DNA from: a virus
Taxonomy: Duplodnaviria; Caudoviricetes
Reading direction: 5' to 3' (one strand)
Virus record (IMG/VR): IMGVR_UViG_3300047561_000165
Coordinates: 1-43,277 of that record
DNA length: 43,277 bases
The position numbers and the translations under genes were made by a program. Below, in pieces: positions 26,669-36,178 of this stretch (position 1 is its first letter; every line of letters begins with the position of its first letter). The notes under the pieces were generated by a model. It was not told where the DNA came from. It searched no databases and was given only the letters and a program-made list of their open reading frames with translations.

Positions 26669-28435
26669 ATGAACAAAACACTTCATTTCCTTTCTGGTAT
26701 TCCACGGTCTGGCTCGACCGTGCTTGCGGCTATCCTCAACCAGAACCCGATGACCCATGTCTCAACGACATCTGGGTTGGTTCACGCTCTTGATGGGTTG
26801 GCAAACACTTGGCACTCTGCTGGATTACTCAACGAGAATGACCCGGAAAGGAAGAAACTTGCCCAGACGATGCGCGGGGCGATTGATGCGTTCTACGAAG
26901 ACACCGACAAGCCGGTAATCATTGATAAATCCCGTGGCTGGCCTATCGGTCAAATCATGGGTGCAATGTCTCAAGTTCTAGAGCGTCAGCCCAAAATCAT
27001 TGCTACGGTGCGTTCTGTGCCTGATTGCGCCGCATCGTTTATACGGGTAGCCAAACCGCAGGACTTAGAAGAGTTCATGGCTACGGGGCAGTTGATGGAC
27101 CACCTCCGGGCGGCGTACATCAGCCTTCAGGACGGCTATCAGCACGCCCCAGAGAACTTTCTGTTTGTGGAGTATGAAGACCTCATCCGTGACCCACAAA
27201 GCCAACTGGAGCGCATTCATGCGTTCCTAGGGTTGCCCCCGTTTGAATATGACTTGAAGAACATTGACGGTTCAAGCGTCAAGGAAGATGACGAGAACCT
27301 TCACGGCTACGTTGGAATGCACGACGTAAAGCCAGTGTTGGCTAAACAGCACTACGAAGACCCGCGTGACTTGCTGAAGCATCACTATTCGACGTTCTGT
27401 CAGCCGGAATTCTGGTTGGAGAAACCGCGCACCCTGCCAGAGTTGCATGACCTAGACCTTCAGTTGGCGGCATCCACAATGGGTGACTTTGCTGAAGGCT
27501 GGAGACTGTCGCAGAAACTAGAGGCAGAAGAGCCACAGAACCACCGCGCCGCATACAACCGGGGTTGGTACTACTTGCGTCAGGGGCAGATTCAGAAGGG
27601 CTACCAGTTGATGGACCGGGGCCGTCTGGTTGGTGTGTTTGGCAATAAGCGCCCAGATGCGCCAACAAACCAGTGGGATGGCAAAACCCGTGGCGTTGTG
27701 ATGCTCTATCTTGAGGGTGGATTGGGTGACCAGATACATCAAATTCGCTATGCAAAGCACATTGCTGACCGTGGTTGCAGGGTTGTTGTATCTTGTTCTG
27801 GTCCCCTTGCAAACCTATTTGCGGGTGTTGAGGGTGTTTCGGCGGTAGTCCAGCACGAGGCTACATTCGGTATTTACCACGACTTCTACGTTGCCGGGAT
27901 GTCGGCAGTTGTCCCGCTCGGGTTTGAACTCAAGGATATTTCGGGGTCACCGTACCTTGAGAAGCCAATGACTATCAAAGGGCGCAAGAAGCGGATTGGC
28001 TTGCGGTGGCAGGGGCAGTCACGGTTTGAGCACGAGCATCACAAGAAGTTTCCGTATGACTTGATGTTTAACGCAGTCAAGGACGTAGATGCTGAGTTTA
28101 TTAGCCTTCAGCGCGACGAGGGTGCGGATTCATGCCCATCGTGGGTCAAGCAGGTCCCGTTGAATTCTTGGGAAGACACCCGTCAGGCGGCGGCAAGTTG
28201 TGACTTAGTGATTTCGTCCTGCACTAGCGTGAGTCACTTGGCGGCGGCAATGGGTGTGGAGACTTGGGTGATTACCCCGGTCATGCCATACTTCTTATAT
28301 GCTATCGACGGCGACCGGACCCCGTACTACGACTCTATGCGTTTGATTCGGCAAGAAGTGTACGGTGATTGGAGTCACCCGTTTAAATCCGTTGCAGAGC
28401 GTCTAGAGCGTCCAAAACTTAGGAGCGTGGCATGA
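26669..28435 (+). CDS. sulfotransferase - TPR - GT-B (GT9-like) glycosyltransferase fusion
   Basis: PAPS-binding loop SGIPRSGST, VRSVPDCAAS and FVEYEDL; TPR-like helix AAYNRGWYYLRQG; then EGGLGDQI, FISLQ and DLVISSCTSVSHLAAAMG. Confidence 0.85.
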   Translation: MNKTLHFLSGIPRSGSTVLAAILNQNPMTHVSTTSGLVHALDGLANTWHSAGLLNENDPERKKLAQTMRGAIDAFYEDTDKPVIIDKSRGWPIGQIMGAMSQVLERQPKIIATVRSVPDCAASFIRVAKPQDLEEFMATGQLMDHLRAAYISLQDGYQHAPENFLFVEYEDLIRDPQSQLERIHAFLGLPPFEYDLKNIDGSSVKEDDENLHGYVGMHDVKPVLAKQHYEDPRDLLKHHYSTFCQPEFWLEKPRTLPELHDLDLQLAASTMGDFAEGWRLSQKLEAEEPQNHRAAYNRGWYYLRQGQIQKGYQLMDRGRLVGVFGNKRPDAPTNQWDGKTRGVVMLYLEGGLGDQIHQIRYAKHIADRGCRVVVSCSGPLANLFAGVEGVSAVVQHEATFGIYHDFYVAGMSAVVPLGFELKDISGSPYLEKPMTIKGRKKRIGLRWQGQSRFEHEHHKKFPYDLMFNAVKDVDAEFISLQRDEGADSCPSWVKQVPLNSWEDTRQAAASCDLVISSCTSVSHLAAAMGVETWVITPVMPYFLYAIDGDRTPYYDSMRLIRQEVYGDWSHPFKSVAERLERPKLRSVA

Positions 28436-29640
28436 GTGAACGCTGGCCCGGAGGGATAATTTCTGCGACCGCTCCAACGGTCAGCACCTCTGCCGCGTCT
28501 GGTATCTGGACGATGGACCAAGCCAACTACTACATTGCGAATAACCAATGGCCTTATCCAACCAACCCATATTTATATGGATGGGGGTACAACGCAATTG
28601 GCGCTCTTGGTCTTAATAATACAACTACATATATATTATCCCCAACTCAAATTGGTTCATTAACAACATGGTCGCTTTTTGACACAGCGCCAACAGCGGC
28701 GGCACAAAATACGATTGCAGTTAAAACAGACGGTACGTTGTGGACTTGGGGTAATGGCGCAAGTGGAGGATTGGGGCTTGGAAACATAACGTCATACTCC
28801 TCCCCAAAGCAAGTTGGTGCTTTGACCAATTGGTTAAAACCCACGGCTGGCGTTAAGTGCGCGTTTGCAATAAAAACCGATGGTACTTTGTGGTCTTGGG
28901 GCAAAAACGATACTGGACAATTAGGACTTGGAAATACAACATACACATCGTCTCCAAATCAAGTTGGAGCACTTACAAATTGGTCTACTGTAGCGTGCGG
29001 CGGGAATCACGTTCTTGCAACTAAAACTGATGGAACATTGTGGGTTTGGGGGCAAGGATTCTATGGAGAATTGGGATTAGGAGCATCTGGCGCTGGCTCA
29101 AATAAATCCTCACCAAACCAACTTGGCGCTCTTACAACTTGGCTTAATGTTGCTTGTGGTTATACGTCATCATATGCCGTAAAAACAGACGGGACGTTAT
29201 GGGTATGGGGACGCAATAATACAGCGCAACTTGGTTTAGGAAACATAACAAATTATTCTTCTCCCAAACAAGTTGGAGCGTTGACCACATGGTCAAATCC
29301 ATCTGCTGGGTCAACATTCGCCGTTGCAACTAAAACAGATGGTACATTATGGTCATGGGGCGGCAATGCACAAGGCCAACTTGGTCTAGGAAACACAACC
29401 TATTATTCGTCGCCCAAACAAGTTGGTTCTTTGACAACTTGGTCAACGCCATCGTGTGGCGCATCTACAATGGCGGCATTAAAAACGGATGGCACCCTTT
29501 GGGCTTGGGGAACCGGCGGCACTGGTGCGCTTGGTTTGGGAAATAGAACAAATTATTCCTCTCCAAAACAAGTTGGTTTGTTAACATCTTGGTTAAAAAT
29601 TTCTGCTCGTTATGCGGTTTTGGGAATAGCACGAGTTTAA
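28432..29640 (+). CDS. RCC1-repeat beta-propeller protein 3
   Basis: Same repeat; N-terminal MSERWPGGII...SGIWTMDQ...QWP; ATGA-coupled to the sulfotransferase gene. Confidence 0.9.
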   Translation: MSERWPGGIISATAPTVSTSAASGIWTMDQANYYIANNQWPYPTNPYLYGWGYNAIGALGLNNTTTYILSPTQIGSLTTWSLFDTAPTAAAQNTIAVKTDGTLWTWGNGASGGLGLGNITSYSSPKQVGALTNWLKPTAGVKCAFAIKTDGTLWSWGKNDTGQLGLGNTTYTSSPNQVGALTNWSTVACGGNHVLATKTDGTLWVWGQGFYGELGLGASGAGSNKSSPNQLGALTTWLNVACGYTSSYAVKTDGTLWVWGRNNTAQLGLGNITNYSSPKQVGALTTWSNPSAGSTFAVATKTDGTLWSWGGNAQGQLGLGNTTYYSSPKQVGSLTTWSTPSCGASTMAALKTDGTLWAWGTGGTGALGLGNRTNYSSPKQVGLLTSWLKISARYAVLGIARV

Positions 29641-29659
29641 TTTCTCATAGGAGTCTTAA

Positions 29660-30070
29660 ATGACACATTTCGTTCGCGTAGTTAATGGTGAAGTCAAAGA
29701 TGTGTGGGACACCCCACCGTCAGAAGGTGTTGGCAACAACGGATGGCTTAATGCTATCGAGGTGCGGCCAGCGATTACTCCTCACCGTCAGGGGTACACC
29801 GCGCATCGTTTTGACTTGAATGTAGACCCAGTGCAAATCATCTGGGACACCTACGACATTTCGGTTGAAGACCGCAAAAATGGAATGAAAGCCAATGTTG
29901 GCTTCAAGTTCCAGCAAGTTGTGATGGAGCAAACTCGTTTGCAGATGTCGCCCAACCCGAATGAAGAGTACGACGCAAATGCTGTTGAGGCGGCGCGACA
30001 GGACATCTTCACAAAGCAAGCGGCGATTGATGCGGCAACAACTCATGACGAGTTGGATGCGCTTCTGTAA
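29660..30070 (+). CDS. putative fibre assembly chaperone-like protein
   Basis: AGGAG RBS; C-terminal AAIDAATTHDELDAL resembles small chaperones that follow fibre genes. Confidence 0.55.
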   Translation: MTHFVRVVNGEVKDVWDTPPSEGVGNNGWLNAIEVRPAITPHRQGYTAHRFDLNVDPVQIIWDTYDISVEDRKNGMKANVGFKFQQVVMEQTRLQMSPNPNEEYDANAVEAARQDIFTKQAAIDAATTHDELDALL

Positions 30071-30258
30071 TGGAATCAAGCGCCCGTAGCCTAGCCAAAG
30101 CGGTAACTTGGCGGATTACGGGGACGCTGGATACGTTCTTGATTAGTTGGTTTGTGACTGGAACCCCAAAGATAGCGGCGGGGATTGCGGCAACTGAACT
30201 TCTAACTAAGATTTTTTTGTATTGGGCGCACGAACGAATTTGGAATCGATTTAGATGA
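30070..30258 (+). CDS. DUF2061-like small membrane protein
   Basis: ES..RSLAKAVTWRITGTLDT...YWAHERIW signature. Confidence 0.8.
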   Translation: MESSARSLAKAVTWRITGTLDTFLISWFVTGTPKIAAGIAATELLTKIFLYWAHERIWNRFR

Positions 30259-30686
30259 AAATCTTAATCTGTGGACTCCCCGGTTCTGGTAAGACAACCT
30301 TAGCGCAAGCACTTATCAAGCGTTTGCGCGGGTATACGGTTGACTGGTTCAACGCAGATGCCGTCCGGGCAAAGTACAACGACTGGGACTTCAGCAAAGC
30401 CGGCAGGGACCGTCAGGGTATCCGCATGGCGCTGTTGGCGCAGAAGTCAACGGCTGAGTTTGTGATTGCCGACTTTGTTGCTCCGTATCCAGATGTCCGG
30501 TGTAACTTCCAACCGGACATTTTGATTTTCATGGATACGATTCAGAAGAGCCGGTTTCGGGATACAGACAAGGTATTCATTGCTCCGACGAACCCCAGTT
30601 TTCGAGTGACGGAGATGGACGCAGAGAAGTGGGCGCACATCATAACTGACCGGATTCTTGAGCCAGAAGTTGAACAAGTAAAGTAA
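30255..30686 (+). CDS. cysC: adenylylsulfate (APS) kinase-like P-loop kinase
   Basis: GLPGSGKTT, WFNADAVR, DFSKAGRDRQ, IADFVAPY; shorter than typical cellular CysC. Confidence 0.75.
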   Translation: MKILICGLPGSGKTTLAQALIKRLRGYTVDWFNADAVRAKYNDWDFSKAGRDRQGIRMALLAQKSTAEFVIADFVAPYPDVRCNFQPDILIFMDTIQKSRFRDTDKVFIAPTNPSFRVTEMDAEKWAHIITDRILEPEVEQVK

Positions 30687-30751
30687 CTTGCCTGTCTTAC
30701 AAGCACGATAAAATCGCGACGGGCAACCGCCCATCAACCCCGGAGATTCCC

Positions 30752-30967
30752 ATGAAAGACCAAATCATTGCAATTCTTGAAGGTTCTGAGCCTATCGACG
30801 CTCTGAACGTCCTGTTCTCGGCTATTTATGCAGTTGCTTCTGCAAACGGCGTAAGCGAGTTTACTTTGAGCAGCCTATTCTCTTCTAACATTGAAGCTCA
30901 ATTTGAAATTGACGCTGAGAAAGAAGAAGAAGACGACGAAGAAGCCGACGAACAAACTGACGACTAA
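30752..30967 (+). CDS. small protein with highly acidic C-terminus
   Basis: GGAG RBS; ends EKEEEDDEEADEQTDD; flanked by promoter-like and hairpin sequences. Confidence 0.7.
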   Translation: MKDQIIAILEGSEPIDALNVLFSAIYAVASANGVSEFTLSSLFSSNIEAQFEIDAEKEEEDDEEADEQTDD

Positions 30968-31046
30968 CGTCAAGCCCCGTAAGGGGTGTTATTGTGCTTT
31001 CACAATACTGTGCTATTAGGTGGGTTCCTCAACAAGGAACCCCACC

Positions 31047-32003
31047 ATGATTGTTAAAGTATCTGACAAAGATTTCTTAGACGCTTGGGAAAAGCACAAG
31101 TCTCCGGCGGCACTTGCAAGATTGTTTAAAATGTCCGAGCGCCGAGTACACAGTAGGCGGCGTTCATTAGAAAACCGTTTAAACATTAAGCTTAATACTG
31201 AAAGACCAGTTGAGCCGCACATAAAGAAATCCCGTCATAACGCGGGTATGACAGACGGCATAGCCATAGTCTTCTCAGATGCACACTTCTGGCCCGGCAT
31301 TCGAAGCACGGCGTTTAAAGGCTTACTGTGGGCAATCAAAGAATTTAAACCGCACGTTATAATCAACAACGGCGATGCCTTTGATGGGGCTAGTGTCAGC
31401 AGATATCCTAGAATTGGTTGGACACATCAGCCTTCAGTTAAACAAGAGCTAGAAGCTTGTCAGGAGGCTCTAGGAGAGATTGAAAAAGCGGCGCACAAGG
31501 CAAGGCACCACACACAATTAATCTGGCCCCTAGGCAATCATGACAGCCGATTTGAGACTAAATTAGCTCAGTCGGCATCAGAATTTGAAGGTGTTCAAGG
31601 GACCGCCCTTAAAGACCATTTCCCCAAATGGCATCCGTGTTGGTCATGTTGGCTAACAGACAACGTGATTGTCAAACATAGGTACAAGGGTGGCATTCAC
31701 GCCACGCATCAAAACACCCAGTCAGCCGGCATCTCTATAGTTACCGGACACCTACATAGTCTTAAAACAACGCCGTTTTCCGATTACAAAGGAACCCGTT
31801 GGGGGGTTGATACCGGAACGCTGGCAGAAGTTGACGGACCGCAGTTCATGGATTACCTTGAAGACTCGCCGGTAAACTGGAGGTCAGGCTTCGCGGTTCT
31901 TACCTTCAAGGATTCCAAGATGTTGTGGCCGGAGTTGGTAAGTAAGCACGAAGATGGGATAATAGACTTTCGCGGTCAACTCATTGATGTAAACGGGTTC
32001 TAA
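31047..32003 (+). CDS. calcineurin-like metallophosphoesterase with N-terminal HTH-like segment
   Basis: SDAH, NGDAFD, GNHD, KH and GHLH motifs; start ATG 31047 after AAGGA. Confidence 0.85.
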   Translation: MIVKVSDKDFLDAWEKHKSPAALARLFKMSERRVHSRRRSLENRLNIKLNTERPVEPHIKKSRHNAGMTDGIAIVFSDAHFWPGIRSTAFKGLLWAIKEFKPHVIINNGDAFDGASVSRYPRIGWTHQPSVKQELEACQEALGEIEKAAHKARHHTQLIWPLGNHDSRFETKLAQSASEFEGVQGTALKDHFPKWHPCWSCWLTDNVIVKHRYKGGIHATHQNTQSAGISIVTGHLHSLKTTPFSDYKGTRWGVDTGTLAEVDGPQFMDYLEDSPVNWRSGFAVLTFKDSKMLWPELVSKHEDGIIDFRGQLIDVNGF

Positions 32004-32158
32004 TGGAAATCATGGAACTATTCTTAAAAGCGTGGCCCGTGCTATTAGGCATAGTCACGCTTATAGTTGTGCTGTCTAAACTTGACCTTAGAGTTGCAGT
32101 CCTTGAGGAAAAGGTGAAGAGCGCCTTTGACCTCATCAACAAGGCAAAAAATGGCTAA
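32003..32158 (+). CDS. small membrane protein (51 aa), possible lysis accessory
   Basis: Below the track cutoff: MEIMELFLKAWPVLLGIVTLIVVLSKLDLRVAVLEEKVKSAFDLINKAKNG*; overlaps both neighbours. Confidence 0.7.
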   Translation: MEIMELFLKAWPVLLGIVTLIVVLSKLDLRVAVLEEKVKSAFDLINKAKNG

Positions 32159-32666
32159 CTTTGAACAAGCTTTTGAAAAGATGATTGCCGATGAAGGCGG
32201 TTATGTTCTTCACAACGTTGCCGGTGATACCGGAGGGATGACCTATGCTGGAATTGCAAGAAACAAAAACCCCAACTGGCCCGGTTGGAACCTCATTGAC
32301 CACGAAGCCCTCAACAATCCGCTACTTAGTGGAATGGTGCGTAACTTTTATAAAGTTGAGTTTTGGGACCGTGTACGAGGGGATGAGATTGCGAACCAAA
32401 CTGTTGCGGAGTCGATTTTCAATTTCTCAGTAAACACTGGAATGAGTGTTGCGGTTAAGTTAGCGCAGTTGATTGTAGGTGCCACTCCCGATGGCGCAGT
32501 TGGTGAAAAGACTTTACAAAAGTTTAACAATGCTGAACCTGAAGCGTTCAAGAAAGCATACGCGCTGGCAAAAATTACCCGCTACGCTGACATCTGTAAT
32601 AAGAACCGCACTCAATCCAAATTCCTTCTTGGTTGGGTCAACCGAACTCTAAAAGGGTTGAAGTAA
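32151..32666 (+). CDS. endolysin, glycoside hydrolase family 108 with C-terminal PG-binding region
   Basis: EGGY...D.GG.TYAGI catalytic motif; DG.VG.KT; KFLLGWVNR. Confidence 0.9.
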   Translation: MANFEQAFEKMIADEGGYVLHNVAGDTGGMTYAGIARNKNPNWPGWNLIDHEALNNPLLSGMVRNFYKVEFWDRVRGDEIANQTVAESIFNFSVNTGMSVAVKLAQLIVGATPDGAVGEKTLQKFNNAEPEAFKKAYALAKITRYADICNKNRTQSKFLLGWVNRTLKGLK

Positions 32667-33103
32667 TGGATTTGATTGGTATTGGGTCAATCATTGAAGG
32701 TGTTGGCAAAGTTGCGGATTCGCTCATTACGACGGACAAAGAACGCTTGGAAATGGCGTTGGAAGACCGCAAGCTGGACCTTGAGGAAAAAAGGATTGAC
32801 CAAGAAACCGATTTGGCACAGGTTGAAGTCAATAAAATTGAAGCGTCGAGTTCTAGCGTATTTGTCTCTGGTTGGCGTCCTGCTGTGGGCTGGGTTGGGG
32901 TTCTTGGCTTGGCTTACCAGTTCCTTGGCTATCCCTTGATGCAGTGGGGATGGGCATTTGGTCAAGGTTACGATATCATTCCTAAAGGTTTAAACCCACC
33001 ACCAGACCTTAATGTTGAGCAGTTGATGACGCTCCTTGCAGGGTTGCTCGGGTTTGGCGGTATGCGAAGCTTTGAGAAGCACAAGGGCGTAGCGAGTAAG
33101 TAA
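32666..33103 (+). CDS. holin (3TM, GTA-type family)
   Basis: FVSGWRPAVGW and LLGFGGMRSFEK motifs; next to the endolysin. Confidence 0.8.
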   Translation: MDLIGIGSIIEGVGKVADSLITTDKERLEMALEDRKLDLEEKRIDQETDLAQVEVNKIEASSSSVFVSGWRPAVGWVGVLGLAYQFLGYPLMQWGWAFGQGYDIIPKGLNPPPDLNVEQLMTLLAGLLGFGGMRSFEKHKGVASK

Positions 33104-35253
33104 TGCCACTTAAAAAGATACTGTTTAAACCGGGAGTTAACAGAGAAAACACACGCTATACAAACGAAGGCGGGTGGTATGAATCTGACAAAATCCGGTT
33201 TCGGCAAGGCACACCCGAGAAGATTGGCGGGTGGCTGCGTATCTCTGCCAATGTGTTTCAAGGGGTTTGCCGTTCTTTGTGGAACTGGGTAACCCTTGGC
33301 GGGCAAAACCTAATTGGTGTAGGCACAAACTTAAAGTTCTACATCCAGAATGGTGGGACGTATTACGACATCACTCCCACCAGAACTACCGCTACCCTTA
33401 CAACTAATTACTTCACGACTAATACTGCTACAAACTCTAGCGGCACAACTACAGTTACCGTGACTCATGCAAGTCATGGAGCTTTAAACAATGACTTTGT
33501 AACCATCTCATATGCCACCTCTGCTCCTACAGTGGGGGGCGTTACGGTTGCTGCGGGGCAGTACCAAATCACTTATGTTGGTAGCAACAGTTACACAATT
33601 AATGTAACGGGCACCGCATCAAGCAACGCAACTGGTCCGGGTTCTTCAACAACCGCGTATTTTGTATACCAAATTAACACTGGTCCTGCTTACGCGGTTC
33701 CAACGGCTGGATGGGGTGCTGGCGCTTGGGGTTTGGGAGCATGGGGACAAGGCACAACTTCCAGTGACCCAATAAGGATTTGGAGCCAAATAAACTGGGG
33801 GCAAAATCTTATATATGGGCCGCGCGGCGGTCCCTTGTATTACTGGGATGCTGCGATTGGGTACAACACCTCAACGGCATCCATCACCGTTGCTTCTCCA
33901 GCGGTTGTCACTTCAAGCATTACTGTAGCAACTGGAACCCCAATTACGTTCTCCACCTCTGGAGATTTACCAACAGGACTGACGCCGGGGACAACCTACT
34001 ACGCCCTAGCTTCTACAGGCACCACGTTTAACCTTGCTTTGACTGCTGGCGGCGCGGCAATCAACACAACAGGCGCAGGAAGCGGAACCCAATACATCAA
34101 TCCAAACGGCATCTTGCTATCTAGTCTTGCCGGGACTGATGGGTATTGCCCTTTGTATCAAAACACAATGACGGTTTCTGATGCAAGCCGCTTTGTAATT
34201 GTGTTTGGTACAAATGATTACGGGTCTACTGTACTAGACCCAATGTTGATTCGTTGGTCAGACCAAGAGTCTTTGACAATTTGGTATCCGGCGGCAACCA
34301 ATCAAGCTGGAAGCATTAGGCTTTCACACGGCTCTAAGATTGTCACTTCGTTTCAAAGCCGGCAGGAGATTCTGGTTTATACAGATTCAACCCTGTATTC
34401 AATGCAATATCTGGGACCACCTGCTGTTTGGCAAACCCAATTGCTTGCAGATAACATTTCTATTGCAGGGCCAAATGCTGTTGCTCTTGCCTCTGGTGTT
34501 GTCTATTGGATGGGCGTAGACAAGTTTTACAAATACGATGGGCGCGTACAAACACTTAGATGTGACCTGCGCCAATACATCTTTGAAGACATTAACAAAA
34601 ATCAGTTTGACCAAGTAGTTGCAAGTACAAACGAAGGGTTTAATGAAGTTTGGTTCTTCTATTGTTCTTCTGGTTCAAACGCTGTAGATAAATACGCTGT
34701 TTACAATTACGCAGAAGATGTTTGGTATTACGGATACATGGGAAGGACCGCGTGGATAGATAGCGGTTTGCTTGACTACCCAACTGCAGCAACGTACAGC
34801 TATAACTTAGTCCAACATGAGTATGGTTTAAACGATTGCACGGACTCTAGCTCTGGGGTTCCAATCCAAGCCTATATCAATTCATCTCAATTTGATATTG
34901 ATGATGGGCAAAACTTTGGGTTTATCTGGCGTCTTGTGCCTGACATCACGTTCCGTGGTTCGACCGCAACCTCCCCCACCGTAACAATGACTATGTTGCC
35001 TCTTCAGAACTCTGGTTCCGGTTACAACAACCCAACCTCTGTTGGCGGGCAAAGCTACGCATCTGTAATCAATAGTGGAAATCAGGCAATCACCGTGGGT
35101 GGTAGGGCCTATGAAATTGAACAGTTCACGGGGCAGGTGTACACCCGTGTACGAGGCAGACAGATGTCCTTCTCTGTGTATTCCAATCAATTAGATACAA
35201 CTTGGCAGCTTGGAGCGCCCCGTATCGACATTAGACCGGATGGCAGACGATGA
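33103..35253 (+). CDS. putative tail nozzle/DNA stabilisation protein (P22 gp10-like) with inserted beta domains
   Basis: FKPGVNRE...GTPEKIGGW, DPMLIRWSDQE, VYWMG, EVWFFY, RVRGRQ...DGRR. Confidence 0.65.
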   Translation: MPLKKILFKPGVNRENTRYTNEGGWYESDKIRFRQGTPEKIGGWLRISANVFQGVCRSLWNWVTLGGQNLIGVGTNLKFYIQNGGTYYDITPTRTTATLTTNYFTTNTATNSSGTTTVTVTHASHGALNNDFVTISYATSAPTVGGVTVAAGQYQITYVGSNSYTINVTGTASSNATGPGSSTTAYFVYQINTGPAYAVPTAGWGAGAWGLGAWGQGTTSSDPIRIWSQINWGQNLIYGPRGGPLYYWDAAIGYNTSTASITVASPAVVTSSITVATGTPITFSTSGDLPTGLTPGTTYYALASTGTTFNLALTAGGAAINTTGAGSGTQYINPNGILLSSLAGTDGYCPLYQNTMTVSDASRFVIVFGTNDYGSTVLDPMLIRWSDQESLTIWYPAATNQAGSIRLSHGSKIVTSFQSRQEILVYTDSTLYSMQYLGPPAVWQTQLLADNISIAGPNAVALASGVVYWMGVDKFYKYDGRVQTLRCDLRQYIFEDINKNQFDQVVASTNEGFNEVWFFYCSSGSNAVDKYAVYNYAEDVWYYGYMGRTAWIDSGLLDYPTAATYSYNLVQHEYGLNDCTDSSSGVPIQAYINSSQFDIDDGQNFGFIWRLVPDITFRGSTATSPTVTMTMLPLQNSGSGYNNPTSVGGQSYASVINSGNQAITVGGRAYEIEQFTGQVYTRVRGRQMSFSVYSNQLDTTWQLGAPRIDIRPDGRR

Positions 35254-36176
35254 GCTATGTTGTTACATCAGATTACGAACTAAGTCAGGTTGTTGCGCCT
35301 AGGCTTTTAAACGCTCCTCTTGAGTATGACTATCGTTATCAAGACCAGCTTAATAACGTCCTACGTCTGTACTTCAACCAACTCGACAAAATCATAGGGC
35401 AGTTTGTGGCTACTTCATCCCCAGTGCCTATTAGTACAGAATCTTCGCAATCTGCGGACTGGGGACTGCAAGTCGCCCGAGGGAAAGTTACTGGTGCAAG
35501 CCAAGTAAATATTTTTGCGTTTTCTGATACTGTTAAGACAACCCTTTATACGTTGTGGGAATTAACGGGGACCACTCAATACGCTTTTCCTGCATCTGCT
35601 TTGACAATGACACTTGTCAGCACTTCAGCATCCGACAACACCAGAGCAACGATACTTATTAGCGGTCTTGATTCAAGCTGGAATGCCATAACAGAAACAG
35701 TAACGCTAAATGGCGTAACAGGTGTAACCACAACTAGCCAGTTTCTTCGTATTAACAGCATGATTATGACTAGCACAGGGACTGGTCAAACTACTAACGT
35801 GGGAACAATTACGGCCAAGAGTGGTGGGGTTACTTACTCGCAAATTTCAATAGGGACAGGAAGGTCGCAAGCTGCTGTATATTCCGTACCAAATGGATAC
35901 ACAATGTACTTGATATCCATCAATGCGTTTAACGGAGATGCCGCGCCCGGAAACGCAATTAACTATCAAGTTAAAAGCACAAACAACGCTCAAACAAATC
36001 CCGTTACTTTAACGGTATTGCAAACCGCTTGGGACCAAAAATATCAAATTCCTAGAGTTAACCCGTTTCCATACACACAAAAAACAGACGTTCAATGGCA
36101 ATTTTCAACCGCATCAGGGACGCATTCTGTTGGTTTGATTTTGCAAGGCGTTTTAATTAGTAATACGGCGGAGTAA
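35250..36176 (+). CDS. putative virion protein
   Basis: N-terminal LRLYFNQLD helix, then GLQVARG and GLD..W..ITETVTLNG beta domain. Confidence 0.6.
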   Translation: MSYVVTSDYELSQVVAPRLLNAPLEYDYRYQDQLNNVLRLYFNQLDKIIGQFVATSSPVPISTESSQSADWGLQVARGKVTGASQVNIFAFSDTVKTTLYTLWELTGTTQYAFPASALTMTLVSTSASDNTRATILISGLDSSWNAITETVTLNGVTGVTTTSQFLRINSMIMTSTGTGQTTNVGTITAKSGGVTYSQISIGTGRSQAAVYSVPNGYTMYLISINAFNGDAAPGNAINYQVKSTNNAQTNPVTLTVLQTAWDQKYQIPRVNPFPYTQKTDVQWQFSTASGTHSVGLILQGVLISNTAE

Positions 36177-36178
36177 TC

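Noticed and set aside
24350-29640. Regularly spaced DNA repeats resembling a CRISPR array or DGR target
   Set aside because: The repeats are in-frame RCC1 blades with synonymous variation; no cas or reverse transcriptase gene and no adenine-specific TR/VR pair was seen.
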